The position numbers and the translations under genes are program-made. 64,000 nucleotides of DNA from an uncultured delta proteobacterium (GTDB lineage: Bacteria; Myxococcota_A; Polyangia; Polyangiales; JAFGIB01): contig CAVZVA010000009.1 of NCBI GenBank assembly GCA_963778655.1, positions 640,001-704,000 on the forward strand, given 5' to 3'. Below the pieces are notes generated by a model. It saw nothing but the letters and a program-made list of their open reading frames with translations, had not been told where the DNA came from and did no database searches. Below, one piece after another: positions 62,610 to 64,000 of the stretch. Each line of letters begins with the position of its first letter. Positions within the stretch are counted from its first letter, which is position 1.

Positions 62610-62713
62610 GCGCGGATCCGGAGCTTCACAGCAAGACGCAAGGCGGGCAGCGGAGATATGCTGCCGGCTGCTTCGGGTGCACTCCGTCTTCCTGCCGGCC
62701 CGAGGCAGCTCAC

Positions 62714-64000
62714 ATGGGCATGCTCAATTCCGCGGAGCTCACGGCCGCTGAGCGCAACGCCAGGGACGCGGCCACGGCCCGCGACGCCGTGCTTTCTGCG
62801 GCGCGCAGGCGGCGCGAGGGGATCGTGCACACCCCTCCGGAGCTGGCGCGCTTCGTGGCGCGCGCCGCGGACGACCTGCTGCGCGGGTGGCTGGGGCTTT
62901 CGCGCGGGCTCGGCGACGCGCGCGTCGCGCTGATCGATCCGGCCTGCGGGCCGGGAGCGTTTCTGGCCGCGGCTGCGGCGGTCGCGGAGCCGGGCGCGCG
63001 CCGGCTGGCGTATGCTATCGACCGCGACCCGGCGGCGCTCGAGCTCGCGCGCGTTGCGCTGAGCGACGAGCTCGCGCGCGCCGGCCTGCGCTGCGAGCTG
63101 TGCGCGCTCGACACGCTGGTCGCGGTGCGGCCCGAACAGCTCGCGGCCCGGGTCGGGGTGGCTTGCGTGCTGGGCAATCCGCCCTGGGTCGCCAGCGCGC
63201 AGCCGCCGCCCGCGGCGTGGCTCGATGCGCTGCTCGAGGACTTTCGGCGCGACGCGGGCGGCGCCCGGCTGCAGGAGCGCAAGCTCGGCGTGCTCGCGGA
63301 CGCCTACGTGCGCTTCGTGCGCTGGGCCTGCGAGGTCGCCCGCAAGGCGGAGCGGGGCGCGGTGATCGGGCTGGTGACCAATGGCTCGTATCTCGACGGG
63401 CCGGTCCACCGCGGGATGCGCGCGGCCCTGCGGCGCTTCTTCGACGCGCTGTTCGTGGTGGATCTGGGCGGCAACGCGCTGCTGCCGCGCGCGCGCGTGC
63501 GCGACGACAACCTGTTCGGCGTGCGGCCCGCGGCCGCGGTGCTGCTCGCCGTGCGCGGGCCCGGCTGCGACGAGACCCGCCTGGCAAAGGTGCGCTACTT
63601 GAAGCTCGCGGGCTCGCGGCAACACAAGCTCGAGCGGCTGGCCCGGCTCGAGCTCGGTGCCGCCGATTTCGCTCCGATCGAGCCCGATGCGGTCTACCAG
63701 CGCTTCGTGCCGACCGCCGTGGCGGACGACGCGTATCGCAGCTGGCCCTCGCTTGCGGACGCGATGCCGTTTCACCGCGAGGGGGTGCAGACCAACCGCG
63801 ACGCGGTCGTGGTCGACACCGACCGCGCGCGGCTGCTGCGCCGCCTGCGCGCGTTCGCAGCAGGCGAGCGCGCGCCCGAGCTGGCGCTCGCGGACCAGGC
63901 GCTCCCGCACTACGACCCGGAGCGCGCCCGCGCCGCGGTGCGCGCGGCGCTCGCGGCGGACCCCGACGGTACGCGCGGCGTGCTGTTGCGGCCGCTCGCT
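62714..64000 (+). CDS. N-6 adenine DNA methyltransferase, type ISP-like; partial at the window end
   Basis: My translation: GIVHTPPELARFV, IDPACGPGAFL, VLGNPPW, SYLDGPVHRGMR, GVQTNRDAVVVD. Confidence 0.82.
   Translation, partial: MGMLNSAELTAAERNARDAATARDAVLSAARRRREGIVHTPPELARFVARAADDLLRGWLGLSRGLGDARVALIDPACGPGAFLAAAAAVAEPGARRLAYAIDRDPAALELARVALSDELARAGLRCELCALDTLVAVRPEQLAARVGVACVLGNPPWVASAQPPPAAWLDALLEDFRRDAGGARLQERKLGVLADAYVRFVRWACEVARKAERGAVIGLVTNGSYLDGPVHRGMRAALRRFFDALFVVDLGGNALLPRARVRDDNLFGVRPAAAVLLAVRGPGCDETRLAKVRYLKLAGSRQHKLERLARLELGAADFAPIEPDAVYQRFVPTAVADDAYRSWPSLADAMPFHREGVQTNRDAVVVDTDRARLLRRLRAFAAGERAPELALADQALPHYDPERARAAVRAALAADPDGTRGVLLRPLA

Overview
High-GC window whose gene content points to a myxobacterium (Myxococcota, Polyangiales-like; inferred from gene content, not proven). 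It has two parts. Bases ~1-24,300 form an accessory, defence-like island ending at the 3' end of the tmRNA gene (ssrA, 24526-24884, minus strand). The island holds a truncated IS66, a group II intron with an internal deletion, an IS3 end remnant and two broken DUF222/HNH copies flanking a vapBC pair. It also carries two tRNA-Phe 3' fragments (att-like scars), five toxin-antitoxin-type modules, a SauUSI-like PLD-helicase-DUF3427 gene and a YhcG-N/thermonuclease fusion. A dispersed GGCAGATGATC...GGACCGTCCCC repeat family sits at or near several gene-fragment breakpoints. Bases ~24,500-64,000 look like core genome: sspB, a degenerate sigma54-type regulator, a presenilin-like GxGD protease, HelD-like and SNF2 helicases, an RluA-RlmI fusion, smpB, thrC, glk, ruvX, mltG, cysC, a bactofilin/M23 pair and a B12 radical SAM gene. 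They end with a futalosine menaquinone operon (mqnA-mqnC fusion plus a miniature MqnE-like gene) and a partial type ISP-like DNA methyltransferase. No CRISPR array, rRNA, intact tRNA or integrase was seen. All calls come from motif recognition by eye; no searches were run.
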